Positions 27,498-38,727 of a stretch of 64,000 bases of DNA are shown one piece after another. The DNA is taken from NCBI GenBank assembly GCA_963752255.1, contig CAVVXT010000007.1, forward strand, positions 47,930 to 111,929. Reading direction: 5' to 3'. The first letter of the stretch is position 1. Each line of letters starts with the position of its first letter. Under the pieces are notes generated by a model. That model saw only the letters and a list, made by a program, of their open reading frames with translations, was not told where the DNA came from and searched no databases. Source of the DNA: Nitrososphaeria archaeon. Its GTDB lineage: Archaea; Thermoproteota; Nitrososphaeria; JACIWG01. The translations under genes were made by a program, and so were the position numbers.

Positions 27498-28823
27498 TTG
27501 AGCCAAGAAAAAGATGTGGATAAACAACTTAAAGATAAGGCTATAGAACGACACCTATTCTACCGCGGAAAGATAGAAATCGTGCCAAAATGCTGGATTT
27601 CGAGTTTAGATGATTTTTCTATATGGTATACTCCAGGAGTCGCTGCGGTATGTAACGAAATATTAAAAGACAAGGAGAGATCCTTTGACTACACATTAAG
27701 GTGGAATACAATCGCCGTCGTATCAGACGGCACACGTGTCTTGGGTCTTGGGAACATAGGCCCAGAAGCGGCAATTCCCGTTATGGAAGGCAAGGCGCTC
27801 ATCTTCAAGTACTTGGGTGGTGTTGACGCTGTGCCAATCTGTCTGAACACGCGAGATGAAGATAAGATCGTGGAGATCGTAAAGTTCATGGAACCTTCCT
27901 TTGGTGGAATAAACTTGGAGGACATCGAAAAGCCTAAATGCTTCTCAGTTCTCGAAAGGCTGAAGAAACAGCTGTCTATACCCGTTTGGCACGATGACCA
28001 GCAAGGATCAGCAACTGTAATATGCGCTGGACTAATGAACGCGCTTAAGCTTGCAGGAAAAAAAATGAAGGATGCCAAGATAACGATGATTGGTGCTGGT
28101 GCAGCTAACTATAGCGTAGAAAGACTAATCGTCAAAGCAGGAATTGATGAAAAGGAGATCGTTATGGTTGATAGCAAAGGAATCCTGAACGACTCAAGAA
28201 AGGATCTTGAAGCAAATGAGCCATACAAGTGGAAATTATGTTTGAAGACAAACGGTGAGAGAAAAACCGGAGATATTGCCAAGGCATTAAATGGCGCTGA
28301 CGTCTGTATCGCTATGTCAAGGCCGGGACCTGGGATCATAAAGAAAGAATGGATTAAAGGGATGAACAACAAAGCTATTGTTTTCTCGTGTGCAAATCCC
28401 GTTCCAGAAATTTGGCCTCATGAATCAAAGGAAGCAGGAGCCTTTATCATAGCCACCGCTAGAGGCGACTTCCCCAATCAACTAAACAACTCCCTCGTAT
28501 TTCCAGGAATCTTCAGGGGAGCTCTTGATGTTAGGGCAAAGAGCATTTCAGATGGAATGTGCTTAGCTTCAGCAAGAGAAATAGCAAAGATGGCTGAAGA
28601 TAATGGGCTGACTCCGGAGTATATTGTACCAACGATGGAAGAATGGGAAGTCTACCCAAGACAGGCCGCTGCAGTGGCATACCAGGCAACAGTAGAAGGA
28701 CTTGCTAGAGTCAAAATTACCCAACAAGAAGAGCTTAGAAGCGCTAAGGAGTTAATCCTTTCTTCCAGAAAGAAGCTTGAGGTGTTAAAGGAAGCTGGTC
28801 TAATCTCTAAGCCTCAAAATTAG
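27498..28823 (+). CDS. NAD(P)-dependent malic enzyme
   Basis: YTPGV, DGTRVLGLG, MEGKA, NLEDI, HDDQQG, GAGAA, ANPVPEI. Confidence 0.95.
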   Translation: MSQEKDVDKQLKDKAIERHLFYRGKIEIVPKCWISSLDDFSIWYTPGVAAVCNEILKDKERSFDYTLRWNTIAVVSDGTRVLGLGNIGPEAAIPVMEGKALIFKYLGGVDAVPICLNTRDEDKIVEIVKFMEPSFGGINLEDIEKPKCFSVLERLKKQLSIPVWHDDQQGSATVICAGLMNALKLAGKKMKDAKITMIGAGAANYSVERLIVKAGIDEKEIVMVDSKGILNDSRKDLEANEPYKWKLCLKTNGERKTGDIAKALNGADVCIAMSRPGPGIIKKEWIKGMNNKAIVFSCANPVPEIWPHESKEAGAFIIATARGDFPNQLNNSLVFPGIFRGALDVRAKSISDGMCLASAREIAKMAEDNGLTPEYIVPTMEEWEVYPRQAAAVAYQATVEGLARVKITQQEELRSAKELILSSRKKLEVLKEAGLISKPQN

Positions 28824-28840
28824 CGGCTGAGAATAATAAA

Positions 28841-28869
28841 GGAGAATTAGTCTAATTCCTCTCTTTTTC
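28841..28869 (+). terminator. Putative terminator (inverted repeat plus pyrimidine tract) after the malic enzyme gene
   Basis: gaattag-t-ctaattc followed by ctcttttt. Confidence 0.4.
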
Positions 28870-29010
28870 CACATGTTAGCCTTAATTTACGACCTGATAT
28901 TTTACAACATAAACTTAACGAGTTCACTCTCATCGAGATTATGCAGGAAACACGTGAAATATGTTGGAAATGAAATGGAGACAATCAATTTTTAAAAAAA
29001 TCTTCCTGTT

Positions 29011-29352
29011 TTACGTGAGCTGTTTGGAAACAGTCATCTTTTTGATTTCTTGCACGGCCGTTGCGAAATTCATATCAGATTCCGAAATTTCCATATCTAT
29101 CTTTGAAAACATTTCAGTCACGATGGCTCTTAATAAAATGTTTGACCCGTATCCGAAGAGTGCGCTTAAGAAAGATTCAAATTCTTTTGGGTGATCCGAC
29201 ACTTCCTCGAAAGATTTTAGATTATAGTTCTTCATAAAATGTATTATTATGGCTTTTTTAGCGTTTTCACCAAGAATTGATAGAGATGATTCAACTGACT
29301 CGGTCACCAAGCGCCTGAATTGTTGGCTATCCAAAATAAAGCACCTATTCAT
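29011..29352 (-). CDS. Conserved archaeal hypothetical protein
   Basis: SLSILGE...F...L..LFG.G...L pattern. Confidence 0.65.
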   Translation of the reverse strand: MNRCFILDSQQFRRLVTESVESSLSILGENAKKAIIIHFMKNYNLKSFEEVSDHPKEFESFLSALFGYGSNILLRAIVTEMFSKIDMEISESDMNFATAVQEIKKMTVSKQLT

Positions 29353-29644
29353 CAGCTTTGAGGAGATATCGACCTAAACATCCTCTTTTTTCTCCTCTGT
29401 AAACAAAGTGTCAACAAAGTAATAATGAAACCCAAATGTCGTCGAATTCATAGATATTTTTTTCCTCGTTTGTTGATAGTGCCTTTTTATTGTATATAAA
29501 TATTTTTATAAGGAAGCAGCTAATCTAAAGCTTATTCTAACGATTTTTATCCAATTTGTTTGAGGAAAGATTTATGGAATTATATGTGAACTATTAAAAA
29601 TCTGTTGATGAAATAATAGATGATTGAAAGTTTACTTTGAAGAT

Positions 29645-30031
29645 TCAGAGATGAGTTGGTTTACCCTTCGATATTGTCCCAGATGGAATAAACTTCTCAA
29701 ACATTTTAAGGAAGTTTGTGTCTTCATTCACCTTCCTTAGATCATCTGGTAGCATGACAGGTATTTCTTCAGTTATCGGAAACCATCTACCACAATTTGT
29801 GCACAAGATCATACCCCATTTTATCTTGGCTGCAAGACACTTTTTACAGTCTTCTAATAGCAAATTTTTGTCTTTTTCGGATGATTTAATGTTGTTGTAA
29901 GAGCAAAACATTCCGCATGTTTCTTTAGGTTCTTCATATTGTGTTTGTTCAACCTTCTCGAATACATGCAGTTCTAGCGGATAGTTCTTGCACACAGGAC
30001 ATATGAGGATATCCATTAATCTGTACCTCAT
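29645..30031 (-). CDS. trm112: Trm112 family methyltransferase activator
   Basis: LMDILICPVCK.YPL ... GMILCTNCGRWFPI..EIPVMLPD. Confidence 0.9.
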   Translation of the reverse strand: MRYRLMDILICPVCKNYPLELHVFEKVEQTQYEEPKETCGMFCSYNNIKSSEKDKNLLLEDCKKCLAAKIKWGMILCTNCGRWFPITEEIPVMLPDDLRKVNEDTNFLKMFEKFIPSGTISKGKPTHL

Positions 30032-31440
30032 GTTATACTCACCGTCTTGTATGATAGAGGTTCGTCTATAGGACGTTCTTTAACCAGATTTACAGCCTCT
30101 GTAAGCGAGTTTACAACAAGGTTTTCAATTCTATCCAGACAACGTTGGTTTCTTGCTTCTGTAGTAGTCTTTATCTGCGGTAAAGTATTAGATGCCCTGA
30201 TTATGAACCAACCGTCATCCAAGTCTACTCTGACACCGTCTATTGTTAAAGCGTTGTAGCCTTCTCTAACAAACTTTTCTTGCAGCTTAGCTATTGCAGC
30301 GAACTTGATTCCTTCTGGGATATCATATACCTTTCTTCTTGTAAAATATTTTGGTAAGGAATCAACAAGTGTCGAAAATTTTTCATCAGATTCCGAAAGT
30401 AATTGTGCAACCTTTAATGTAGCAAATATCGCGTCATCAGCGCCATACACATCTCTAAAATAGAGATGGCCAGAAATTTCGCCTCCCATATACGCATTCT
30501 CATTAATCATCTTCTCCAAGATGAACGAATGTCCAACCTTCGACACAATCGATATGACCCCACTTTCTCTGGCAACGTCGTCGAGTAGCTTTGAACAGCT
30601 CACCTCGTAGACGATCTTCTCACCAGGTGACTTTATGTAATGCCTAACAAAAATAGCGAGCATCTTGTCTCCTTCAATAATTCTCCCCTTATCATCCAAG
30701 AAGACCGCACGATCACCATCGCCATCGTATCCTATTCCAAAATCATAGCTTCCAGTTACCAAGGGGATCTTAAGGGGCTTTAAAGATTCATCATTTGGCT
30801 CAGGAGACCGAGAAGGAAAAGTACCATCAGGATAGTTATTCATTGCCTCAACGTCCAAACCAGCTTTTTCCAATATCTTGTCAGCAAACAGTGAGCAACA
30901 GCCATTGCCCATGTCCATGAGAATGCGAAGACGGCGAGATATCTTGACTTTGCTAAGAACGAAGTCCTGAAAATCGCGAAATATGATTTTACTCCAATCT
31001 TTAATCCTACCAGATGGAGCTTCATTGTACATGCCCTTTACGGCAATATCTTTGATTTTTTCCAGCCCCATACCCCAACCGCAGAGCATACTCTTCTCTT
31101 TACAAAGTTTAAGACCATTCCATTCAGGAGGATTATGGCTCGCACTAACAACAGCACCTCCATCAAGACCATAATGCGATATCGCAAAATATACCGTTGG
31201 GGTAGGTACAAGACCAACGTCATGAACATTAACGCCAACAGAAAGCATTCCTTTTATAAAAGCTTCCTTCAGAGATGGGCTGCTTACTCTCACATCATTT
31301 CCTACAGCAACATTTTTTCCCACACCCCCTAAGTAAGTCCCATGAGCTTTACCGATAACCTCAAAAACTCCTTCGTCGAGGTCAACATCATATAAACCTC
31401 GAATGTCGTACGCTCGGAAGATCTTATCCGTTATATTCAT
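30028..31440 (-). CDS. Phosphomannomutase/phosphoglucomutase
   Basis: FRAYDIRG, SASHNP, DGDGDR, GEISGH, RASNT. Confidence 0.95.
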   Translation of the reverse strand: MNITDKIFRAYDIRGLYDVDLDEGVFEVIGKAHGTYLGGVGKNVAVGNDVRVSSPSLKEAFIKGMLSVGVNVHDVGLVPTPTVYFAISHYGLDGGAVVSASHNPPEWNGLKLCKEKSMLCGWGMGLEKIKDIAVKGMYNEAPSGRIKDWSKIIFRDFQDFVLSKVKISRRLRILMDMGNGCCSLFADKILEKAGLDVEAMNNYPDGTFPSRSPEPNDESLKPLKIPLVTGSYDFGIGYDGDGDRAVFLDDKGRIIEGDKMLAIFVRHYIKSPGEKIVYEVSCSKLLDDVARESGVISIVSKVGHSFILEKMINENAYMGGEISGHLYFRDVYGADDAIFATLKVAQLLSESDEKFSTLVDSLPKYFTRRKVYDIPEGIKFAAIAKLQEKFVREGYNALTIDGVRVDLDDGWFIIRASNTLPQIKTTTEARNQRCLDRIENLVVNSLTEAVNLVKERPIDEPLSYKTVSIT

Positions 31441-31621
31441 ATATAAAAAAATGGGTATATGATTGTATAAAAGCTTTTGCGACGCAGACGATATAAATTT
31501 GTTTTACATGTAGTCTCATCAAATGTTAGACTCTTTGCTAATAACATGTTGAAGATAGAAGTCTTAAATAGCGTACTTGGAGACCGGCTAATCTAATTAA
31601 AAGCGTTTTGGTGTTGAGATA

Positions 31622-32665
31622 ATGAAAGTTGGAATAGTCGGATATGGCGTATACATTCCTAGATGGAGAATCAGAGCCGAAAATATTGCTAAGGTCTGGG
31701 GACAAGACGCAGAAGCCATTAAAAAAGGTTTAGGAGTTGAAGAAAAATCGGTGCCTTCAATGGACGAGGACACGGCAACCATAGCTGTTGAGGCGGCTAG
31801 GAACGCGATGAAAAGAGCCTGTGATTTAAAGGGCCATGAAATAGGCGCCATATACGTTGGATCTGAATCTCATCCTTATGCTGTGAAACCCACAGCTGTG
31901 ACAGTTGCTGAGGCACTTGGCCTAACACCTAATATTACTGCGGCAGACACAGAATTCGCCTGTAAGGCAGCTACCGCAGGGATGCAGGCATGTCTTGGAC
32001 TTGTTAAAGGAGGGTACGTGAGATATGGCATTACAATAGGTGCTGATACAGCACAAAGTGCTCCAGGAGATGTCCTCGAATATACAGCTGCGGCAGGCGG
32101 AGCTGCATACATAGTTGGCGAAGATAACATTCTAGCAGAAATAGAGGGAACCTGCTCTTATACTCAAGACGTCCCTGATTTTTGGAGAAGGGAGGGATCA
32201 TTGTACCCCCGACATGCTGGAAGGTTTACAGGTGAACCTGCATATTTTGAGCATGTCATAAAATGTAGTAAGAACCTGATGGAGAAACTTAACACAAGCC
32301 CCAATGACTACAATTACGTAGTATTCCATATGCCAAATGGAAAGTTTCCTCTAAGAGCAGCAAGCCTCCTTGGATTTGATGTAAAGAAGGTGCTACCTGG
32401 GTTAGTGGTCCAAAATATTGGAAATACCTATTCTGGCTCATCATTACTCGGTCTAGCAGCGGTACTTGATGAGGCAAAGTCAGGTGACAGAATCCTTATG
32501 ACATCATATGGCTCAGGAGCTGGATCAGACTCCTTTAGCATAACGGTCAAAGATGCGATAGAGCAAAAGAGAACCCTTGCACCTCCTGTAAAGTATTACA
32601 CAAACAAAAAGAGTTACTTAAGCTACTCAATTTATGCAAAAAATAAGAAACTATTTAGAGATTGA
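31622..32665 (+). CDS. Hydroxymethylglutaryl-CoA synthase (archaeal)
   Basis: [40 protein letters not shown]. Confidence 0.95.
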   Translation: MKVGIVGYGVYIPRWRIRAENIAKVWGQDAEAIKKGLGVEEKSVPSMDEDTATIAVEAARNAMKRACDLKGHEIGAIYVGSESHPYAVKPTAVTVAEALGLTPNITAADTEFACKAATAGMQACLGLVKGGYVRYGITIGADTAQSAPGDVLEYTAAAGGAAYIVGEDNILAEIEGTCSYTQDVPDFWRREGSLYPRHAGRFTGEPAYFEHVIKCSKNLMEKLNTSPNDYNYVVFHMPNGKFPLRAASLLGFDVKKVLPGLVVQNIGNTYSGSSLLGLAAVLDEAKSGDRILMTSYGSGAGSDSFSITVKDAIEQKRTLAPPVKYYTNKKSYLSYSIYAKNKKLFRD

Positions 32666-32670
32666 TGGTT

Positions 32671-33840
32671 ATGTTCAATAAAAGAGAAGTGGCAATAATA
32701 TCCGCTGCCTCAACAAAATGTGGAGAACACTGGGATAAAGGGATAAAGGATCTTGCTTGGGAAGCAGGTGTAAAAGCAGTTGATGAAGCAGGAATAAGCG
32801 GCAAGGACATAGAATACCTTGTTGTAGGAAACATGTCAGGAGGAATGTTCGTCGGACAGGAACACATAGGCGCCTTAGTAGCCGATTTCCTAGGATTAAA
32901 CCCCATTCCTTCGCTTAGAGTAGAAGCAGCGTGTGCTTCAGGTGGAATCGCATTCTCGCAGGGCTGCCTTGCCGTAGCCTCAGGGCTCTATGATATAGTT
33001 GCAGTTGGAGGGGTAGAGAAAATGACAGACGTTGAACCTGAGCAGGCGACAAGCGTCCTTTCAGGAGCAATGGACTTCGAATGGGAAGCCTATTTTGGAG
33101 CTACCTTTCCAGGGTTATATGCACTTATGGCCAAAAGATACATGTACGAGTACAATGTTAAAATCGAAACGCTAGCTAATGTCGCAGTCAAAAATCACTT
33201 TCATGGTAGCCTTAATCCTTTAGCTCACTTTAGAAACAAGATAACAGTAGAGGAGGCTTTAATATCACCAATAGTAGCAGACCCTTTAAGAAAGTATGAT
33301 TGTAGCCCGATATCTGATGGAGCAGCGGTAGCAATACTTGCGCCTTTAGAAATTGCAAAAAAGTACACGGACACCCCAATAATTGTTAAGGCAAGTGTTC
33401 CGGCTTCAGACACACTAAGTCTTCTAAAAAGGAGGGACATTTGCACAATAGACGCGACTGTCTACGCGGCAAATAAGGCATTCCAACTTGCGCACATGGA
33501 AAGGAAAGACATTGATGCTGTAGAAGTACATGACTGCTTCACGATAGCAGAGCTTCTAGCAATTGAGGATTTAGGCTTCTGTAAGAAAGGAGAGGCGTCG
33601 AAGATGGTTAACGAAGGACAGACATACGTAGGAGGAAAGCTTCCAGTAAACATGGACGGTGGACTGAAGGCATCAGGACATCCTGTAGGAGCAACCGGTG
33701 TCAAGCAGATAGCGGAACTTGTCAAACAATTAAGAGGAGAGGCTGAAAGGGGAAGACAGGTTAATGGGGCTGAAGTAGGACTAGCTCACAATGTCGGAGG
33801 CTCAGGAGGAACAGCTGTTGTCACAATCTTGTCGAGGTAA
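32671..33840 (+). CDS. Acetoacetyl-CoA thiolase (archaeal)
   Basis: EAACASG, GVEKM, KNH, EVHDCF, GHPVGATG, HNVGGSG; exact start uncertain (32662-32671). Confidence 0.93.
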   Translation: MFNKREVAIISAASTKCGEHWDKGIKDLAWEAGVKAVDEAGISGKDIEYLVVGNMSGGMFVGQEHIGALVADFLGLNPIPSLRVEAACASGGIAFSQGCLAVASGLYDIVAVGGVEKMTDVEPEQATSVLSGAMDFEWEAYFGATFPGLYALMAKRYMYEYNVKIETLANVAVKNHFHGSLNPLAHFRNKITVEEALISPIVADPLRKYDCSPISDGAAVAILAPLEIAKKYTDTPIIVKASVPASDTLSLLKRRDICTIDATVYAANKAFQLAHMERKDIDAVEVHDCFTIAELLAIEDLGFCKKGEASKMVNEGQTYVGGKLPVNMDGGLKASGHPVGATGVKQIAELVKQLRGEAERGRQVNGAEVGLAHNVGGSGGTAVVTILSR

Positions 33841-33850
33841 GGATGATTAG

Positions 33851-34270
33851 ATGAGCACTACAGCAGCGCACTGGAGAAGAATGAGGGAGAGGTACAGGTT
33901 ACTTGGGTCAAAATGTGAAACATGTAGTACAACATTCTTTCCGGCAACAAAGGTCTGCTCGAAATGCAGAAGAAAAGGAAAGATAGTTCCAATCGAATTC
34001 TCTGGGAAGGGCAAGATATTCAGCTATACGATCATACATGCGGCACCTAGGATGTTCGAACAGTACACACCGGCAATCATAGCACTGGTGGAGCTGGATG
34101 AGGGACCTAAAGTGTTATCCCAGATTGTAGACTGCGAACATAATGAACTAAGAATAGGAATGGAAGTTGAAGCATGCTTTAGAAAACTCTTCGAACAGGA
34201 TAGAGGTGGAATAATAAGCTATGGCTTTAAGTTCAGACCACTAGGACAATTCTTGGACAAAATACTATGA
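33851..34270 (+). CDS. DUF35 Zn-ribbon/OB-fold scaffold protein
   Basis: CxxC...CxxC and YGFKFRP; canonical third gene of the HMGS-thiolase cluster. Confidence 0.93.
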   Translation: MSTTAAHWRRMRERYRLLGSKCETCSTTFFPATKVCSKCRRKGKIVPIEFSGKGKIFSYTIIHAAPRMFEQYTPAIIALVELDEGPKVLSQIVDCEHNELRIGMEVEACFRKLFEQDRGGIISYGFKFRPLGQFLDKIL

Positions 34271-34692
34271 GGCAAAAAAAGAATAGGAACTGTCATTTTT
34301 ACATAAATTTTTATCATATAATTTTATATTGTACTGTCTTCCAAGAAAAGTCTTCTTATTGCTTTCTATATTTAACTCAATGATAAGGACAAACAAAGAA
34401 CATATAGAAAAGTTGTCAATCTTGAAAAATTCTTGCGCGTATAATGCCCCGAAATGTGAAAAATATAGTAAATCTGTTACTACGCCAAAAATATCTTAGG
34501 TATCCTGAAACTTAAAGAGCTGTTGTAAAATAGCCCTCAACATTTTAATGAGCTAGAGTAATCAATGTGATGTAAAATCTGGGAGAATCGAAGCATACAT
34601 AATTCTTATTGAGTTATACCATCTAACTTCATTTACATGTGCAGGCTTTAATTGTTTAAGATTAAAATAATTCATATCGCTATTCCTCAACG

Positions 34693-35508
34693 ATGGAGCC
34701 ATCGTCAATTGACGTCATAATGTTAACTAAAAACAGTATCAAACCTTGTCTAATCGAATGTTTAGATTCACTATACAAAGGCATACCTGTGAATAACCTA
34801 ATAGTAGTTGATGGAGGAAGTACCGACGGAACATTAGAGCTTCTAACAAATTATCCAAGAATAAAACTTCTGATGGATGAAAAAGGAAATAGAGCGACGT
34901 CAAGACAAATTGGCATAGATAATGTTAAAACAGATTGGTTCATGTTTATAGATAGCGATGTCATATTATGTGATAAATGGTTTGACTTGGTGAAAAAGTA
35001 TCTTGACAGACCATCCATTGGTGCAATCTGGGGCGCAGCGCTCCAAAGAGCAGAAGCTTACCAAATACGATACTCCACCATGGCAAAACTCTATGGCAAA
35101 GATGAGGAATGGATTGCCGTGAGAGCAGGACAGCTTAGAGGATTGACTCATGACACTATCATAAGAAGGAAAGCTACAGAAGGAATAAAAATTCCAACAA
35201 ACCTGCATGTACTAGAAGATCATTATATCCGGTTGTACGTTGAAGGCAAAGGATATAAGTGGATTTCTACAAATAGGCCTTTTTGCTATCACGTAGCCAA
35301 TGAAAGAGAACGCCCAAAAGATTGGTATATTTTTGGACAAGCCTCGAAAACACTGGGCCTAGTCAAATCTAAGAATATAATTATGTATATACTGTTAGGG
35401 CCATACAAGTCCTTATTGATATACTTAAACAGCAGAAATTGGAGTGCTGCTAAAACACAATACCTGACTTACATATATATAATCAAAGGATGGTTTAATC
35501 CAACCTAA
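34693..35508 (+). CDS. Glycosyltransferase family 2
   Basis: VVDGGSTDGT, FIDSD, ED motif. Confidence 0.9.
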   Translation: MEPSSIDVIMLTKNSIKPCLIECLDSLYKGIPVNNLIVVDGGSTDGTLELLTNYPRIKLLMDEKGNRATSRQIGIDNVKTDWFMFIDSDVILCDKWFDLVKKYLDRPSIGAIWGAALQRAEAYQIRYSTMAKLYGKDEEWIAVRAGQLRGLTHDTIIRRKATEGIKIPTNLHVLEDHYIRLYVEGKGYKWISTNRPFCYHVANERERPKDWYIFGQASKTLGLVKSKNIIMYILLGPYKSLLIYLNSRNWSAAKTQYLTYIYIIKGWFNPT

Positions 35509-35596
35509 TTTTGACAGATTACCTTAAGAGTATGATAAGCTCAGGTCAATTTTAAACGCCGATTGTTCCTATTATCAATGTCAATAAGCATAGTGG

Positions 35597-36610
35597 TTAC
35601 GACTTAAAAGATTGTGGTCTTGATTCTTTTCCCGATATTTTATAGAGTATATAGCCATAAGAGATAGCCACCCCTGGCAATAAGTAATAAACGAAACTAA
35701 CGAAGCCATATAGGCGGTTACGTTTTGCCTTAAAAATGTGGTATACCAATAGAGGTGTGAAGTATAAGGGAGCAATGGGCCAATAGAAGAAAGATGCAAT
35801 GAGTACGAAGGGCAGCAAGAAATAAATAATTAGCCTAAAGTAGTGTGTTCTAGAACGTGTGCCCAAGAATCCATCATAGATACGGGGCATTTGTCTAAAG
35901 CAATATTTTACATATTTAAGGTAATTGAGTCTTTTGGTTGTAGCCACATAACCCCTCGAATGCTTAAAAACTTCGGGCTTAAGATGTATACAATGGGTTC
36001 GACTATCTGCCACCGTCTTAAGCTTTGCCCCTTTAACTCGTAAGAAGAATTCAGTATCTTCGGAATAGTCCATTTTTTCGTCGAATCCTCCTATTTTGTC
36101 AAAAGTCTCTTTTTTTATCATGGTGAAGCCTAGTCCTAAACCAGAAACATTCGTGAAACCATCATTCAAACGCATCATGTATATTTTCTCATCCAGCTTT
36201 TGTTCGCCTTCTAAATAGTATGGATACCCTATGGCAGCTACATCTTTCTCATTCAACAAATATTCTACTAACCGCTTAACTGATTCACTATCCGGTGCCA
36301 GAACATCACTATCCCAGAATAAAATAAAGTCGCCAACCATATTTCTCAGACATATGTTTCTTGCCTGTGGTATGTTTGACTTTTCCCTAAGAAGTGAAAT
36401 CTCCAAATAAGCATCTCTCTCTTTCTCTGAGAAACTCTGTAGAACTTCAAATGTTCCATCTATAGAATAGTTGTCTACAAACACTAGCTTAGTACTCTTC
36501 CTAGGATAATCCTGACTTAAAATAGAACTCAATACACTTTCTATACAATATCTCCTATTAAATACAGGTACAGCTATTGTTATTATTGGTAGAGGATCCA
36601 ACTTGTTCAC
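35597..36610 (-). CDS. Glycosyltransferase family 2 with C-terminal TM segments
   Basis: VDNYSIDGT, ARN, FWDSD, GGFDE...EDTEF. Confidence 0.9.
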   Translation of the reverse strand: MNKLDPLPIITIAVPVFNRRYCIESVLSSILSQDYPRKSTKLVFVDNYSIDGTFEVLQSFSEKERDAYLEISLLREKSNIPQARNICLRNMVGDFILFWDSDVLAPDSESVKRLVEYLLNEKDVAAIGYPYYLEGEQKLDEKIYMMRLNDGFTNVSGLGLGFTMIKKETFDKIGGFDEKMDYSEDTEFFLRVKGAKLKTVADSRTHCIHLKPEVFKHSRGYVATTKRLNYLKYVKYCFRQMPRIYDGFLGTRSRTHYFRLIIYFLLPFVLIASFFYWPIAPLYFTPLLVYHIFKAKRNRLYGFVSFVYYLLPGVAISYGYILYKISGKESRPQSFKS

Positions 36611-36838
36611 TTATAAATAAAGTTTCGAATAGGATATATTATAAGGTTTGCTAACTTGAAATTAATAGTAGGTTAATAATAATATGGCCGCATTTTTTGA
36701 TTACCTTGCGGAAAGTTTATACAATCAGCTATCCCCACAAATAAAAACCGATTGATTTCCATATAGTAATCTTTTTTACTATCTGATTTATGAGTAAATG
36801 AAATAGTTTAGCTTAAATTCAGCAACGGAGAGCTTCTA

Positions 36839-37063
36839 CTAGCTAAAGTGAGCTAATAGCGCTTGCATACCCTGCGGTGTCAAAAATAAGCGCCCATCAG
36901 TCAGCTCAGACACATAACCCTTTTCCTTAAAAAATTCTAGTTTATTTAACTCAGATAACAACTTTTTCTTATCAATAGCCCCTTTTTCTGATATAGCATG
37001 ATGAGTGAACATCAGCTCCTCTAATAATGCATATATCCTGTCAGACCTCAGATCTCTTGACAT
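36839..37063 (-). CDS. Small hypothetical protein, possibly winged-helix
   Basis: KGYV.....LFLTPQG wing-like motif. Confidence 0.5.
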   Translation of the reverse strand: MSRDLRSDRIYALLEELMFTHHAISEKGAIDKKKLLSELNKLEFFKEKGYVSELTDGRLFLTPQGMQALLAHFS

Positions 37064-37130
37064 TTTACTACCAAATCTCTTATTACAACTTGCCCTTTAT
37101 TAATCTTAGCTATTAGACAAGGCTCACCCA

Positions 37131-38717
37131 TTACTCTTTTTTGAATATTGAAATGAGCTTAGATTCATAAGTCAGCACAAGATTTATCAGAGGCTGGATT
37201 AACTTAATTCTTTTTAATAATAATCTAAAATTTTCTATGTCAGATTCTTCTATAGCCTTAACTGCAGGCAGCAGCGTTAAGTAGAGGAAAACAAATACAC
37301 ATGCATACAGAATTAAGCCCAAGAATCTATAGTAAAACTGCTGACTGGCCGATTGGGCATACAATGAAAGGAGCAGAGTCGGAATCGCTGACAAGATAGA
37401 CGCCAAATATATTCGAGAAGACGACTTAAGATCAAATTTGACTTGAAGCTTTTTTATAATTGACAATAAACTGTAAGCAAAAGAGCATGTAAATGAAATT
37501 ATTATTGCAATAAGAAATCCAGGTACACCGTAAAATTTTGTAAGAAGAAAGGCTAGTGGTAGAAAAATAATCATATTAATTAAACCGCTATATAGAAAAA
37601 TCCTTGTCTCACCAGATCCATAAATTATGTAATTAATGACAACAGAACCAAAGCCAGCGTATAGGTTAGTTATAACATAAAGAGAAAGAAAAAGAGGGGC
37701 TGAAGTATAGACTCGCCCATAGAGAGTAAATACGATATCTTTTGATAAGATAGCAGTAATCATCGTACCAGGAACTACAAATATGGCAGTATATTTTACA
37801 GAAAATTTGAACAGACTATTAAGTTCAGAACTACCACGCTTGACTTTAGAGAAAGCAGGAAAGAGTGCGGCAGCCGGGTAGGTCAGCACACTAATTAATG
37901 TAAGTAGTCCGGTAGCAACATTAAAGTTACCGATATCCATATTAGAAACAAAAAGTGCTAATATCAAGAGCTGAATTTGTGAAATTACAGTGCCAAGCAA
38001 ATTTGAGACATATAAGGGGAACCCGTAGGATATCATCAACCTCATATTTTCAATGAATTTGTTATTAGAGGGTTTACCTAATCCTTTATAGAACTTGTAA
38101 AAGAAAATTCCACCAAGGCAACAAGCAAAGATATAGCTGATTACATGACTAGTTAATGCGCCAAACACACCAAAACCTAATACCAAAAGTAAAGCGGATA
38201 AAACAGTCTTTACCAAAGCTTGTATGTTAAGTATTATAGCATTACCCTCCATTTTATCTAATCCAATAAAAGAAGAACTCAAATAGTTGAAGGAAGTCTG
38301 AAGCAATATCATAAGAGATGAGAGCTTTATGAACAGACCCATACTTGGCCTGTTGAGAACATAAGTGGCCAATGAATCTGAGAATAAGAAACAAAGAACA
38401 GAGAATATCACACTTGTAAAGAATATATAGAAAAAACCAGATTTTAATATGCTGGCTGCGAGGTCATTTCTACCTTCGGCTCTGAACTTCGCGGCGAATC
38501 TCGTCAAGGCAGTTCCGACACCAAGATCAAGGAAGTAAAGTATTAGATTGGGAACCACCAAGGCTAGAACAAAAAGACCGTAGCCATCAGGCCCCAGAAG
38601 TCTAGCCACGATAATAGAACATACTGCAAGGATAACTAAGGAAAGGAAATATCCTACAAACAGAAGTATGCCTCCTCGCGCAGAACTCTGAATAGTATCA
38701 GAAAAGCTCTCCGTCAT
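37131..38717 (-). CDS. Polysaccharide/oligosaccharide flippase (Wzx/MOP family)
   Basis: About 14 TM segments, ARLLGPDGYG, DLG...ALTRF. Confidence 0.9.
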   Translation of the reverse strand: MTESFSDTIQSSARGGILLFVGYFLSLVILAVCSIIVARLLGPDGYGLFVLALVVPNLILYFLDLGVGTALTRFAAKFRAEGRNDLAASILKSGFFYIFFTSVIFSVLCFLFSDSLATYVLNRPSMGLFIKLSSLMILLQTSFNYLSSSFIGLDKMEGNAIILNIQALVKTVLSALLLVLGFGVFGALTSHVISYIFACCLGGIFFYKFYKGLGKPSNNKFIENMRLMISYGFPLYVSNLLGTVISQIQLLILALFVSNMDIGNFNVATGLLTLISVLTYPAAALFPAFSKVKRGSSELNSLFKFSVKYTAIFVVPGTMITAILSKDIVFTLYGRVYTSAPLFLSLYVITNLYAGFGSVVINYIIYGSGETRIFLYSGLINMIIFLPLAFLLTKFYGVPGFLIAIIISFTCSFAYSLLSIIKKLQVKFDLKSSSRIYLASILSAIPTLLLSLYAQSASQQFYYRFLGLILYACVFVFLYLTLLPAVKAIEESDIENFRLLLKRIKLIQPLINLVLTYESKLISIFKKE

Positions 38718-38727
38718 TATAGCACCA

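Noticed and set aside
31622-34270. HMG-CoA synthase-thiolase-DUF35 cluster as a novel system
   Set aside because: Well-characterised archaeal mevalonate-pathway complex
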